A DNA stretch of 35,771 nucleotides from a virus (Duplodnaviria; Caudoviricetes), in IMG/VR virus record IMGVR_UViG_3300019765_001106, positions 1 through 35,771 of that record; one strand, written 5' to 3'. Each line of letters starts with the position of its first letter. Positions within the stretch are counted from its first letter, which is position 1. The notes under the pieces were generated by a model. The model searched no databases, was not told the origin of the DNA, and was given only the letters and a program-made list of their open reading frames with translations. Both the position numbers and the translations under genes were made by a program. Of this stretch, positions 9,173-17,353 are shown piece after piece.

Positions 9173-10084
9173 ATGGCCTCGCTTCCCACCACCCGCGCAA
9201 CATCAACCGCTGTCGACCTCTCGAGGCTTCCACCGCCCGATGTCATCGAACCGCTGGATTTCGAAGCGATCAATGCCGCCCTGCGCGCCGATTTCGTCGC
9301 GCGCTTTCCCGAATTTTCGGCCAATGTCGAAAGCGACCCTGTCGTCAAGCTGATCGAAGCCGCCGCCTACCGCGAACTTGTCCTGCGCGCGCGCATCAAT
9401 GACGCGGCGCGGGCGAACCTTATCGCCTATGCGACCGGCCCCGACCTTGAAAACCTCGCCGCCTTTTTCGGCGTCACCCGCCAGGAAATCGCCCCCGCCG
9501 ACCTGCAAGCGGGAACCCCCGCGATTGTCGAAACCGACGACGAATTGCGGCGCCGCGTTTTGCTCGCGCCCGACAGCTTCAGCGTCGCGGGACCGGCCAG
9601 CGCTTACGTTTACCACGCTCTGACCGCCGACGCGCGGGTTCTCGACGCGAGCGCGACCAGCCCCACCCCTGGCGATGTCGTCGTCTCGCTATTGGCGCGC
9701 GAAGGCGATGGCACGGCCCCGCAAGACATGATCGACGCGGTCGAAGACTTGCTGGCGGGCGATGAAGTGCGCCCCCTCACCGATCGCGTGACCGTTCAAA
9801 GCGCGGGCATCGTGACTTTCGACATCGACGCCCAGCTGGTTCTGTATGCTGGCCCCGACCAGCAATTGATCGAAGCCGAAGCGAACCGCGCGCTTGATGA
9901 CTTGCTGACCCGAAACCGGCGCATCGGTCGCGACATCACGCAAAGCGCGATCATCGCGGCCTTGATGGTCGGCGGCGTCCAGCGCGTCGAACTGGTCGCA
10001 CCGGCGGCGAATGTCGTCATCGACGATACGCAAGCCGCCGCTGTCAGCGCGCGAAGCGTCCAGGTCATCGGGTTCGACGAATGA
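9173..10084 (+). CDS. gpJ: Baseplate J protein
   Basis: VDLSRLPPPDVIEPLDFE, ESDP..KL, AYREL.LR.RINDAA, FSVAGP..AY..HA and VRPLTDRVTV. Confidence 0.96.
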   Translation: MASLPTTRATSTAVDLSRLPPPDVIEPLDFEAINAALRADFVARFPEFSANVESDPVVKLIEAAAYRELVLRARINDAARANLIAYATGPDLENLAAFFGVTRQEIAPADLQAGTPAIVETDDELRRRVLLAPDSFSVAGPASAYVYHALTADARVLDASATSPTPGDVVVSLLAREGDGTAPQDMIDAVEDLLAGDEVRPLTDRVTVQSAGIVTFDIDAQLVLYAGPDQQLIEAEANRALDDLLTRNRRIGRDITQSAIIAALMVGGVQRVELVAPAANVVIDDTQAAAVSARSVQVIGFDE

Positions 10085-10719
10085 CCTTGCTTCCGCCCAA
10101 TTCGACCGCGCTCGAACGCGCTTTCGACCGCGTCATCGCGTCGTCGATCACCGGCCTGGATGTGCCGGTCGGCGAAGTGTGGAACCCCGTTACCTGCCCC
10201 GAGACGCTTTTACCCTGGCTTGCCTGGGGCGTCTCGATCGACATCTGGGATTCGACCTGGTCGAACGAAGTCAAGCGCGGCGCGATCGCGGGCGCGATCG
10301 ACGAACAGCGCCGCAAGGGAACGCGCGCCGCCTTGCGTAAAGCGCTCGACCGCATCGACCCTTTCATCGGCGTGACCGAATGGTTCGAAGACGAAGCGAA
10401 CCTTTCGCCCTACACTTTCCGCCTGGACCTGCCCGACCGCAACACAAGCGCGGTTGTTTACGACGAAGCGACCATAAAAACGCTTTTGCGCGATGTCGCG
10501 GCGGTCAAGCCGCTGCGCGCGCATGTCGTCGCATCCTATCGCATAAACGCGGTCGCCCAGGCGGGCATTGTCTCGGCGCTGCAATTTGGCGGGATTGCCA
10601 TTTTCGACGCCACCGCCGACGAAACCGCCGCACAAGACCCCGCCTGGCAAAGCTACCTTCAAGACCCGAACGGCCAGCCCTTGCAGGACGAAGACGGCCA
10701 ATTCCTAGAGGCTGCTTAG
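10081..10719 (+). CDS. gpI: Tail protein I
   Basis: LLPPNST.LERA, WNP.TCP..LLPWLAW..S.D.W and RKGT. Confidence 0.95.
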   Translation: MTLLPPNSTALERAFDRVIASSITGLDVPVGEVWNPVTCPETLLPWLAWGVSIDIWDSTWSNEVKRGAIAGAIDEQRRKGTRAALRKALDRIDPFIGVTEWFEDEANLSPYTFRLDLPDRNTSAVVYDEATIKTLLRDVAAVKPLRAHVVASYRINAVAQAGIVSALQFGGIAIFDATADETAAQDPAWQSYLQDPNGQPLQDEDGQFLEAA

Positions 10720-11916
10720 ATGAATAGTTTCACCTTGACCCTAACCGATGCGGGGCTCGACGCCCTGGTCGATGCGCAGAACAGCGAAACCGAAACCATC
10801 ACCATCGCCGAAGTCGGCGTTTCGCCGCAAGCGATCATCGCCGCGCCGACGCTGACCGCCATTCCTGGCGAAGTGAAGCGGATTAACGCGATTTCGGGCG
10901 CGGTGATTAGCGAAACCGTCATTCACATGACCGCGAACGATGCGACCGGCGATGTTTATGACGTTCGCACCTTTGCGCTTTACCTAGCCGACGGAACGCT
11001 TTTTGCGGTTTACAGTCAGGACGACATCATCGTGAACAAGGCGTCGCCGCTGCGCCTCCTGTTTGGTTTTAACGTCGCCTTCGCCGATGGCATTGGCGGC
11101 GACATCACTTTCGGCGATGCGACTTTCCTTTTCCCGCCCGCAACCGAGACGATTCGCGGCGTTGCCGAACTCGCAACGCAAGGCGAAACCGATGCGGGAA
11201 CCGACGACGAGCGCATCGTAACCCCGCTGAAGCTTGCCGCGCGGCTCGCGCCGGTCCTGCAATCGATCGCCGATGAAGCGAACGCGCGCGCCAATGCCGA
11301 CAGCGCCGAAGCGACCGCGCGCACCGACGCCGACGACGCCTTGAACGCGGCAATTAGCGACGAGGCGACCGCGCGGGCCAATGCGATCGCGGGCGAAGCC
11401 CAGGAGCGCACCGACGCCGACGACGCCTTGAACGCGGCGCTGGCCGCGCTGATCGCGCGCACCGTCACCGGAACCGGCCTTGCCACCGGCGGCGGCGATC
11501 TGTCGCAAAGCCGCGAAATCAACGTTCTTGCGGCGACCGCCGCGCAGATCATCGCGGGAACCGCGAGCGATGCGGCGATCACACCGGCGGGGCTTGGCCC
11601 GATGGTGAAGTCGATGGGTCAAAACGGCTATTGCACCGTCCCCACCGCCGACCCTGCGAACACGCTGTTAATCCAATGGGGGCGCGCCAATGCGTCGGGC
11701 GATGGCTTGACGACTATAAGTTATCCGATTGTCTTCACCGGCGCGGCCTTCGCTGTCGTCGCCGATGGCACAAGCGACAGCAACACCGGCGCGCAAGACA
11801 ACTTCCCTTCGGTTCGCGCCGCGTCGATCGGCGGTTCCAGCTTCCAGGTCTTCAGCGCGAACCAGGACACCGACACCATTTGTTACATCGCTATCGGAAG
11901 GCTCGATCTGTCGTGA
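10720..11916 (+). CDS. Tail fibre protein (gpH position)
   Basis: Baseplate-attachment N-terminus (LT..G, LY..DGTLFAVY), ATET..GVAELATQ.E...GTDD...VTPLKL repeat, Ala-rich coiled coil and a gp53-like C-terminus (NGY...LLIQWG...YPI.F). Confidence 0.88.
   Translation: MNSFTLTLTDAGLDALVDAQNSETETITIAEVGVSPQAIIAAPTLTAIPGEVKRINAISGAVISETVIHMTANDATGDVYDVRTFALYLADGTLFAVYSQDDIIVNKASPLRLLFGFNVAFADGIGGDITFGDATFLFPPATETIRGVAELATQGETDAGTDDERIVTPLKLAARLAPVLQSIADEANARANADSAEATARTDADDALNAAISDEATARANAIAGEAQERTDADDALNAALAALIARTVTGTGLATGGGDLSQSREINVLAATAAQIIAGTASDAAITPAGLGPMVKSMGQNGYCTVPTADPANTLLIQWGRANASGDGLTTISYPIVFTGAAFAVVADGTSDSNTGAQDNFPSVRAASIGGSSFQVFSANQDTDTICYIAIGRLDLS
11319..11438 (+). repeat. 33-bp direct repeat in the tail-fibre coiled coil
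   Basis: GCGCACCGACGCCGACGACGCCTTGAACGCGGC at 11319-11351 and 11406-11438; the 87-bp period is in frame. Confidence 0.85.
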
Positions 11917-12353
11917 GCGTTTATTTTTCAATCACCGACGAAGGCCCCGCCTTCTATCTCACCCGCAAGCTTGCGCCAGCTGGCGCGGTCAAGATCACCG
12001 ATGCACGGCATGGGCAATTGCTCGAAGCGCTGGGCGAGGGTCACAGCGTTGTCGCGGGCAAGGGAGGCAAGCCCGCCATCAAAAAGGCGAAGGCCGACAT
12101 CGCGACCCTGCGCGCCGATGCGGTTCGCCGCGTCAAGGCCGAAGCGAAGCGCCGCATTGTGAAAGTCGCCCCGATCTGGCGCCAGATTAACGACATGCGG
12201 TTCACGAGCCCCGAAGGCGAAGCCCGCTTCGCGCAGATCGATGCAATCCGCGCGGCGAGCGATGAAATCGAAGCCTTCGCCGCCGACCTCACCGCTGCGC
12301 AGCTGCGCGACTACGACATCGCAAAAAGCCCTTTCTGGCCGGAGATTGACTAA
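11913..12353 (+). CDS. Putative tail-fibre assembly chaperone
   Basis: GTG start overlaps the fibre stop. FY....P..AV.IT...H..LL...G..V...G.P resembles fibre chaperones; the EA.RRI...P.W.Q.N...I.AIR.AS motif follows. Confidence 0.7.
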   Translation: MSVYFSITDEGPAFYLTRKLAPAGAVKITDARHGQLLEALGEGHSVVAGKGGKPAIKKAKADIATLRADAVRRVKAEAKRRIVKVAPIWRQINDMRFTSPEGEARFAQIDAIRAASDEIEAFAADLTAAQLRDYDIAKSPFWPEID

Positions 12354-14312
12354 ATGCCTTCGAACAAGATTTCAGAACTTCCAAACGCCGGCCAGCTGAC
12401 ACAAAACGGAGGCATCCCGATCCTTCAAGGCGGAAGCTTGCGACTTGCAGATTTGCTTGCGTTTCAAAACTCTCGCGCGACCGGCCAATATCGCATAAAT
12501 GAATGGCTTAAAAACAAGCCTTTGAAGGCACTGTCGCACCCTCGCGCTACTCAATTGTCAGCCGACGCCCGCGCCGCCGCCGACGCCATTTTGCAGCGGG
12601 CTAGAGCGAAACGCATCAACGCGATCGTTTATGCCGACCCGACAGCCACGGGCGCGAATGACGGGACAAGCTGGGATGATGCGTTCACTAACTTGATTGA
12701 CGCGCTAGGCGCGGTTCCGGAAGGCGGCGCGCTTTACACCAATTCAACCGAAGCCCAGCCCTTTCTGGCTGCGCTAGTCGGCGCAACGGTGAACAGCAAT
12801 GTCGAATGGCTCACCGACCAGGGTCCGGATGGTGAGACATGGATTAGCGGGGCTCAAAAGTCCGATGCTTGGGAAAATACCAGCGGAAACATCTTTCGGG
12901 TCGCCTTGGCGACTGCCCCCCAGGCCGTGGCCTATGATTACAAAAGGGACAACATCACCGGAGACAAAACCGGAATTGACCTAACGCAAGCCGAATATGC
13001 GCAAACGCTAGATGTTCTTCTGGACGCTAAGAGCCCTTGGGGCGCACAAGATGCGGTTGCATGGTATGGTGCGCTTAAAAAAGCCGACACAGCCACGAGC
13101 TCCCCCACCCCTGGTCATTGGAGCCACACCGGCGGCTTTCTTTACATAAACCCTCAAACCGCGACCAATGTCGCAAACGTCAATGATCTAGCGATATGGG
13201 CCGACACTCGAAACGCGCTGGTCATCAATTCGGCGGTTTCTAACTTCCACCTGTCGGGCAAGCTTACAACATTTTTCACACCAGCAACCGAGGGGGGGAG
13301 CGGTTATGGCCTGCGATTTGTCGAAGGGTCAAAAGTCGTAATTCAAGGAACCCGCTGCATTATGTCGGGCTACCACTCGATCGGTTGTGTTAACAACAGC
13401 GGCGACAGCAACATTTACCTTGACCACTTGACGAGCGGCCACGTTTCCGTCGGCATTCCGCTTGTTTGGTATTCGGGCAGCAAAAGCTTCTCAAATGCAC
13501 GGCACCGCGCCGATGGTGTGGTCGTCTTATCTTATGACCTTTTGGGCGAAAACGGCGCGCCGCTAACCTCGATTCATACGCCCCGCTTCACTTACAGCCA
13601 CACGAACGGCATCGAAACAATGTCAGGCTTTTACTATTCGCGATGCGCTGCGCTCGACTTTAGCGAGCAAATGCAAGTCGCAAGCGGCGTAACCGTGGAC
13701 GGCACTCGAATGCCCATTTTTTGGGCGGCTGACACTGGCGAGACGGTCGACATTACCAAGCCAGAAACTTTCCCCGTCGAAGCGGCGGGGCTTGTGCTGC
13801 TGGGCCGCAAAGCAATCCCGCCTGCCGATGTCTATTTGACCGGCTGCTATAGCGACGGCTTGGGATATGGCGACCCTTCAGAAGATCAATATTCAGCTTC
13901 TACTGGTTCGCCGAACGATGTTCACAACTGGAGGCTGATCGATAGCTTTTGGAAGCCTTCTGTTTGCAGATCTTGCGTTTCTAACAATGGCGACGATGAC
14001 TTTTTCTATCTGTCCGACACGCCTGTTAATGCGAAAGATTGCGCCGCCGCATTCGTCATTTTCGGGACCGACGAGCCCGAGCAATTGCGGCTTGAAAATG
14101 TTGTTTTCGACGGGACCGTCGTCATGGTCGTTAACCCGCTTTGGCAAGCGGGAAAATTCAATTTGTCTTCACTGGGCGGCAATGTTTTTTCCGGTGAAGC
14201 ACCCTTGAAGCACACTAACCCAGCTGTAACGCCCAAGACACAATCTCAAATGCTAGAATTCATAGGCGACGCGGGCTTCGACCAGATCGCTAGTGGATTG
14301 AATTGGGAATGA
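12354..14312 (+). CDS. Putative tailspike / second receptor-binding protein with a beta-helix-like body
   Basis: KISELP N-terminal anchor-like motif. VYAD..ATGANDGTSWDDAF..L.DAL is typical of the cap of pectin-lyase-like beta-helices. Lower GC than neighbours; located in the tail-fibre locus. Confidence 0.65.
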   Translation: MPSNKISELPNAGQLTQNGGIPILQGGSLRLADLLAFQNSRATGQYRINEWLKNKPLKALSHPRATQLSADARAAADAILQRARAKRINAIVYADPTATGANDGTSWDDAFTNLIDALGAVPEGGALYTNSTEAQPFLAALVGATVNSNVEWLTDQGPDGETWISGAQKSDAWENTSGNIFRVALATAPQAVAYDYKRDNITGDKTGIDLTQAEYAQTLDVLLDAKSPWGAQDAVAWYGALKKADTATSSPTPGHWSHTGGFLYINPQTATNVANVNDLAIWADTRNALVINSAVSNFHLSGKLTTFFTPATEGGSGYGLRFVEGSKVVIQGTRCIMSGYHSIGCVNNSGDSNIYLDHLTSGHVSVGIPLVWYSGSKSFSNARHRADGVVVLSYDLLGENGAPLTSIHTPRFTYSHTNGIETMSGFYYSRCAALDFSEQMQVASGVTVDGTRMPIFWAADTGETVDITKPETFPVEAAGLVLLGRKAIPPADVYLTGCYSDGLGYGDPSEDQYSASTGSPNDVHNWRLIDSFWKPSVCRSCVSNNGDDDFFYLSDTPVNAKDCAAAFVIFGTDEPEQLRLENVVFDGTVVMVVNPLWQAGKFNLSSLGGNVFSGEAPLKHTNPAVTPKTQSQMLEFIGDAGFDQIASGLNWE

Positions 14313-15079
14313 CCGGCGCTCAAACCATCGGAAAAGACCAGCGCGAATCGCTTGGCGGCATCCTTGGCGCGGTGAATTCCTTCATCGCGGCAATGGGCGA
14401 GCGGCCCAAGCGAAGCGCGATCGGCATGGCCTTTCTGGGCGCGGCGATGGCGATGGGCATGTTCTGGACGAACCCCGAACTTTTCCTGAAGCGATACGAC
14501 GCCTGGCACGAACGCAAGCTGTCGCAAAAGCTTGCCGCCGACGAAGTGCAGCGCAACGGCCAGCGCATCGACCTTTTGCTGGCGCGGGAAACGCGGGCGC
14601 TTCGCTTTGCTACCGGCTCAGCGCGCGGCGTCGCACGAACGCTGGTTTTTGCTCGCGACAAGCAAGAGGAAATCATCGGCGTCGTCGATGTCTTCGAAAG
14701 CATGGACCGCAAGACCGAAGCGACCGGCCTTCGCGATTATCCCCTTCCACTGTCCGACATCGACGTAACGCTTTCCTACATGCTGGCCGATCGCGGCAAC
14801 ATTCGCTGCATCGCCCGCAATGCCGAAGAATACGAAGAGGCGGGACTGGTCGAATTCATGGCGCGCGGGAAGCTGAAATCGTCGGTCGCCTGTCCGATTG
14901 TCACGCTTGAGGGCGAAGCGCTTGGCCTGGTCGCTGTTTCGTCACGCCTTCCGCTGGAGCGCGCGCCCGAAATGGAGCGGCGCGTTCGCGACAAAGCCCT
15001 CCTGTTTAGCGGCTACTGGCTGCAATCGCCGCGCGTTCAAGCGGCAATTGAGGACTTCCAAGACTCCAAGAACAATTGA
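14309..15079 (+). CDS. Putative T4 T-like (class III) holin: one TM segment plus a GAF-like domain
   Basis: Single TM segment (SAIGMAFLGAAMAMGMFW) and GAF-type C-terminus (SSVACPIVTLEGEALGLVAVS), directly upstream of the endolysin and spanins. Confidence 0.65.
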   Translation: MTGAQTIGKDQRESLGGILGAVNSFIAAMGERPKRSAIGMAFLGAAMAMGMFWTNPELFLKRYDAWHERKLSQKLAADEVQRNGQRIDLLLARETRALRFATGSARGVARTLVFARDKQEEIIGVVDVFESMDRKTEATGLRDYPLPLSDIDVTLSYMLADRGNIRCIARNAEEYEEAGLVEFMARGKLKSSVACPIVTLEGEALGLVAVSSRLPLERAPEMERRVRDKALLFSGYWLQSPRVQAAIEDFQDSKNN

Positions 15080-15093
15080 AAGGAACCGACCCG

Positions 15094-15603
15094 ATGAATG
15101 ATGCGATCTGTTTCCCGCTTATCCGAAACCGCATTCGGCGCGGCATGATTAACCACACTTTCGGCATGGTTCGCCGCAACCGCGACGGGTCACGCCGCCC
15201 GCATCAAGGCTGGGATTTCGAAGCGGACATCGGCGAGACTTGCCACGCTATCGCCGATGGCACGGTCGAAATGACACGCAATCGCGGCGCATACGGTCGC
15301 CAGATCATCCTTTCCTTCGACTTCGATTTCGATGGCGATGGCGATCGCGACCGCCTGTTCGCGGCATATTGCCACTTGTCGCGCGTCGATGTCGTCCCAG
15401 GGCAAAAGGTCGCCAAGGGCGAACCGATCGGCGCAACCGGCGACACCGGCAACGCGAAGGGCATGGCCCGCGCTGATCGGCATTTGCATTTCGAAATCCG
15501 AACCCGCCCGATCGCAGGGCGCGGCCTTGCAAACCGTTTTTCGCCGCTGGTTGTTTTCGGCCATTGCCCGCTGGGCGCGCCGGTCGGTCGCGATGGCGCT
15601 TAA
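15094..15603 (+). CDS. M23-family peptidase, probable endolysin
   Basis: HxxxD (HQGWD), Y.HLS, V.KG..IG.TG.TGNA and HLHFEIR. AAAGGAA RBS before ATG 15094. Confidence 0.88.
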   Translation: MNDAICFPLIRNRIRRGMINHTFGMVRRNRDGSRRPHQGWDFEADIGETCHAIADGTVEMTRNRGAYGRQIILSFDFDFDGDGDRDRLFAAYCHLSRVDVVPGQKVAKGEPIGATGDTGNAKGMARADRHLHFEIRTRPIAGRGLANRFSPLVVFGHCPLGAPVGRDGA

Positions 15604-15668
15604 AGGTTGCATTTGGGAACCATTCTTAAGCCTTTGATGTAAAGCCATATAAAGAAGGGGGCTCGACA

Positions 15669-16055
15669 ATGACAATCACGAACCGAATCGCCGCGCTTGC
15701 CGCATCATGGACCGCGCGCGCGGTTGCGATGGCGATTGTCATCCTTGTCGCGATCTGGGCGCTGTCCAGCTGGCGCAGCGGGCAAAGCGCCAAGGTCGAA
15801 GCGCGCTTGAATGAAAACCAGGTCGAAGCCGTTACAGCGAGCGGGCGCGATGCGGTCGCCACCATTGGCGAACAGCAATCCCGCGCCGACGCGATCGATA
15901 AAGTCACCGAAGGGAATCGCAATGAAATCTTGTCTTCTGAAGGGGCCGATGCGCCTGTCGGCCCTGATCTTCGCGACGCTGGGCTGCGCAGCTTGTGTAA
16001 GCGCGCCGCCTATCGTGACCACCCCGACTGCTTGCGCTTCGCTCCTGCCCGATAG
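15669..16055 (+). CDS. Inner-membrane spanin (Rz/LysB-like)
   Basis: N-terminal TM segment and helical periplasmic part, overlapped by a lipoprotein gene, downstream of the endolysin. Confidence 0.75.
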   Translation: MTITNRIAALAASWTARAVAMAIVILVAIWALSSWRSGQSAKVEARLNENQVEAVTASGRDAVATIGEQQSRADAIDKVTEGNRNEILSSEGADAPVGPDLRDAGLRSLCKRAAYRDHPDCLRFAPAR

Positions 16056-16257
16056 CTGGCGCGAGGGCGTTCGCGGGGCCGCGCTTCCCACTGGCGAGAC
16101 GGTCGGCGAATGGATTGCTTTCGGCGATGCGCAAACCGCGCAGCTGGACAAGGCGAACGAACGCACAACCGCCGCGATCGAAATTGTCGAACGCTGCGAA
16201 GCCCGCGATCGGCAAGCGGTCAAGCGTTCGCGCCCGCGCTTTCTCGGCATATTCTAA
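15949..16257 (+). CDS. Outer-membrane spanin lipoprotein (Rz1/LysC-like)
   Basis: Signal peptide and lipobox MRLSALIFATLGCAAC followed by a Pro-rich segment; overlaps the 3' end of the i-spanin gene in another frame. Confidence 0.75.
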   Translation: MRLSALIFATLGCAACVSAPPIVTTPTACASLLPDSWREGVRGAALPTGETVGEWIAFGDAQTAQLDKANERTTAAIEIVERCEARDRQAVKRSRPRFLGIF

Positions 16258-16274
16258 AGTCTCGGAGCCATCCC

Positions 16275-16877
16275 ATGCACAGCCCACGAACCCGCCAGGC
16301 CGAAGACATCCCCGCTGATCTGCAAGCGCTAATCCGCATCGGGACCATCGTCGAAGTCGACCTTGAAAATGCGCGTTGCCGCGTCCGCTATGGCGACCCG
16401 ACCGACGAAGACCCAGGCGAAACCCCGCCTATTCGCTGGCTTGCGGCGCGCGCTGGCGCGACCCGAACCTGGTCGCCGCCCACCCTTGGCGAACAAGTGA
16501 TCTTGCTCGCGCCCGATGGTCAGATCGGCGCGGGCGTTGCCATGCCTGGGCTTGTGCGAGACGCCTTTCCGCCGGTCGGCAATTCCGAAGCGGAAATGAT
16601 CGAATTCGCCGATGGCGCGCGCATCACATACGACCCGCAAACGGGCGCGCTTTCGGCCATCCTTCCCGCTGGCGCGACCGCCGAAATCGAAGCGCCTGGC
16701 GGCATCACCCTTCGCGGCGATGTCCGCATCGAAGGCAAGCTGACCGTCACCGACGACGCGCAAGTCGACAAGACGCTAACCGCCGACAAGGATGTCATCG
16801 GCGGCGGAAAAAGCCTTAAGGGCCACCTTCACAAAGGCGTCACCGGCGGGTCAGCCCTGTCGGGTCCACCGAACTAA
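16275..16877 (+). CDS. gpV: Baseplate spike protein V
   Basis: LIRIGTI.EVD....RCRV, W...RAG..RTW.PP..GEQV, F.DGA.I.YD and the C-terminal HxH metal motif (SLKGHLHKGV..G). Confidence 0.95.
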   Translation: MHSPRTRQAEDIPADLQALIRIGTIVEVDLENARCRVRYGDPTDEDPGETPPIRWLAARAGATRTWSPPTLGEQVILLAPDGQIGAGVAMPGLVRDAFPPVGNSEAEMIEFADGARITYDPQTGALSAILPAGATAEIEAPGGITLRGDVRIEGKLTVTDDAQVDKTLTADKDVIGGGKSLKGHLHKGVTGGSALSGPPN

Positions 16878-16895
16878 CCATCGCGAGCGCGCCGC

Positions 16896-16961
16896 GGTCA
16901 AACGCCCTTTCACCGGCCCGCGCGCTGGCGTTCGCGCGCAAAGCTGCGCTTTGCTGTCCGC
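16896..16961 (+). promoter_or_regulatory. Putative late promoter upstream of W-FI-FII
   Basis: GGTCAAACGCCCTTTCACC centred 57 bp before the ATG; GCTTTGCT ends 6 nt before ATG 16962. Confidence 0.65.
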
Positions 16962-17339
16962 ATGATCGGCATGGATAAAACCACGGGCAAAGCCCTTTCT
17001 GGTGGTGCGCACCTTGCGCAATCCATCGCCGACATCCTGACCACCCCGCTAGGCTCGCGCGTTATGCGGCGCGATTATGGTTCGCTGCTGTTCGAACTGA
17101 TCGACAAGCCGATAAACCCCGCGATTCGAATGCTTATTCACGCCGCGACCGCGATCGCGCTTCGCCGCTGGGAACCGCGCCTTCGCCTTTCGCGCGTTCA
17201 ATTGCAGGGCGAACCGGCGGCGGGTCGCCTGACCTTGCGCATCGAAGGCACTCGAACCGACTTGCCCGCCGCAAACGGGCTCCAAACTCTCACCATTCCA
17301 ATTGACCAGAACGGGCGCTCGATCGCGCCCGCCAGCTGA
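16962..17339 (+). CDS. gpW: Baseplate protein W (gp25-like)
   Basis: GMD..TG..L....HL.QSI.DILTTPLGSRVMRRDYGS and AL.RWEPR. Confidence 0.96.
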   Translation: MIGMDKTTGKALSGGAHLAQSIADILTTPLGSRVMRRDYGSLLFELIDKPINPAIRMLIHAATAIALRRWEPRLRLSRVQLQGEPAAGRLTLRIEGTRTDLPAANGLQTLTIPIDQNGRSIAPAS

Positions 17340-17353
17340 AGGAAGCTAACGCG

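Noticed and set aside
10720-14312. Diversity-generating retroelement or invertible tail-fibre cassette
   Set aside because: No reverse transcriptase, template/variable repeat pair, flanking inverted repeats or small invertase seen. The serine recombinase is a large integrase type.
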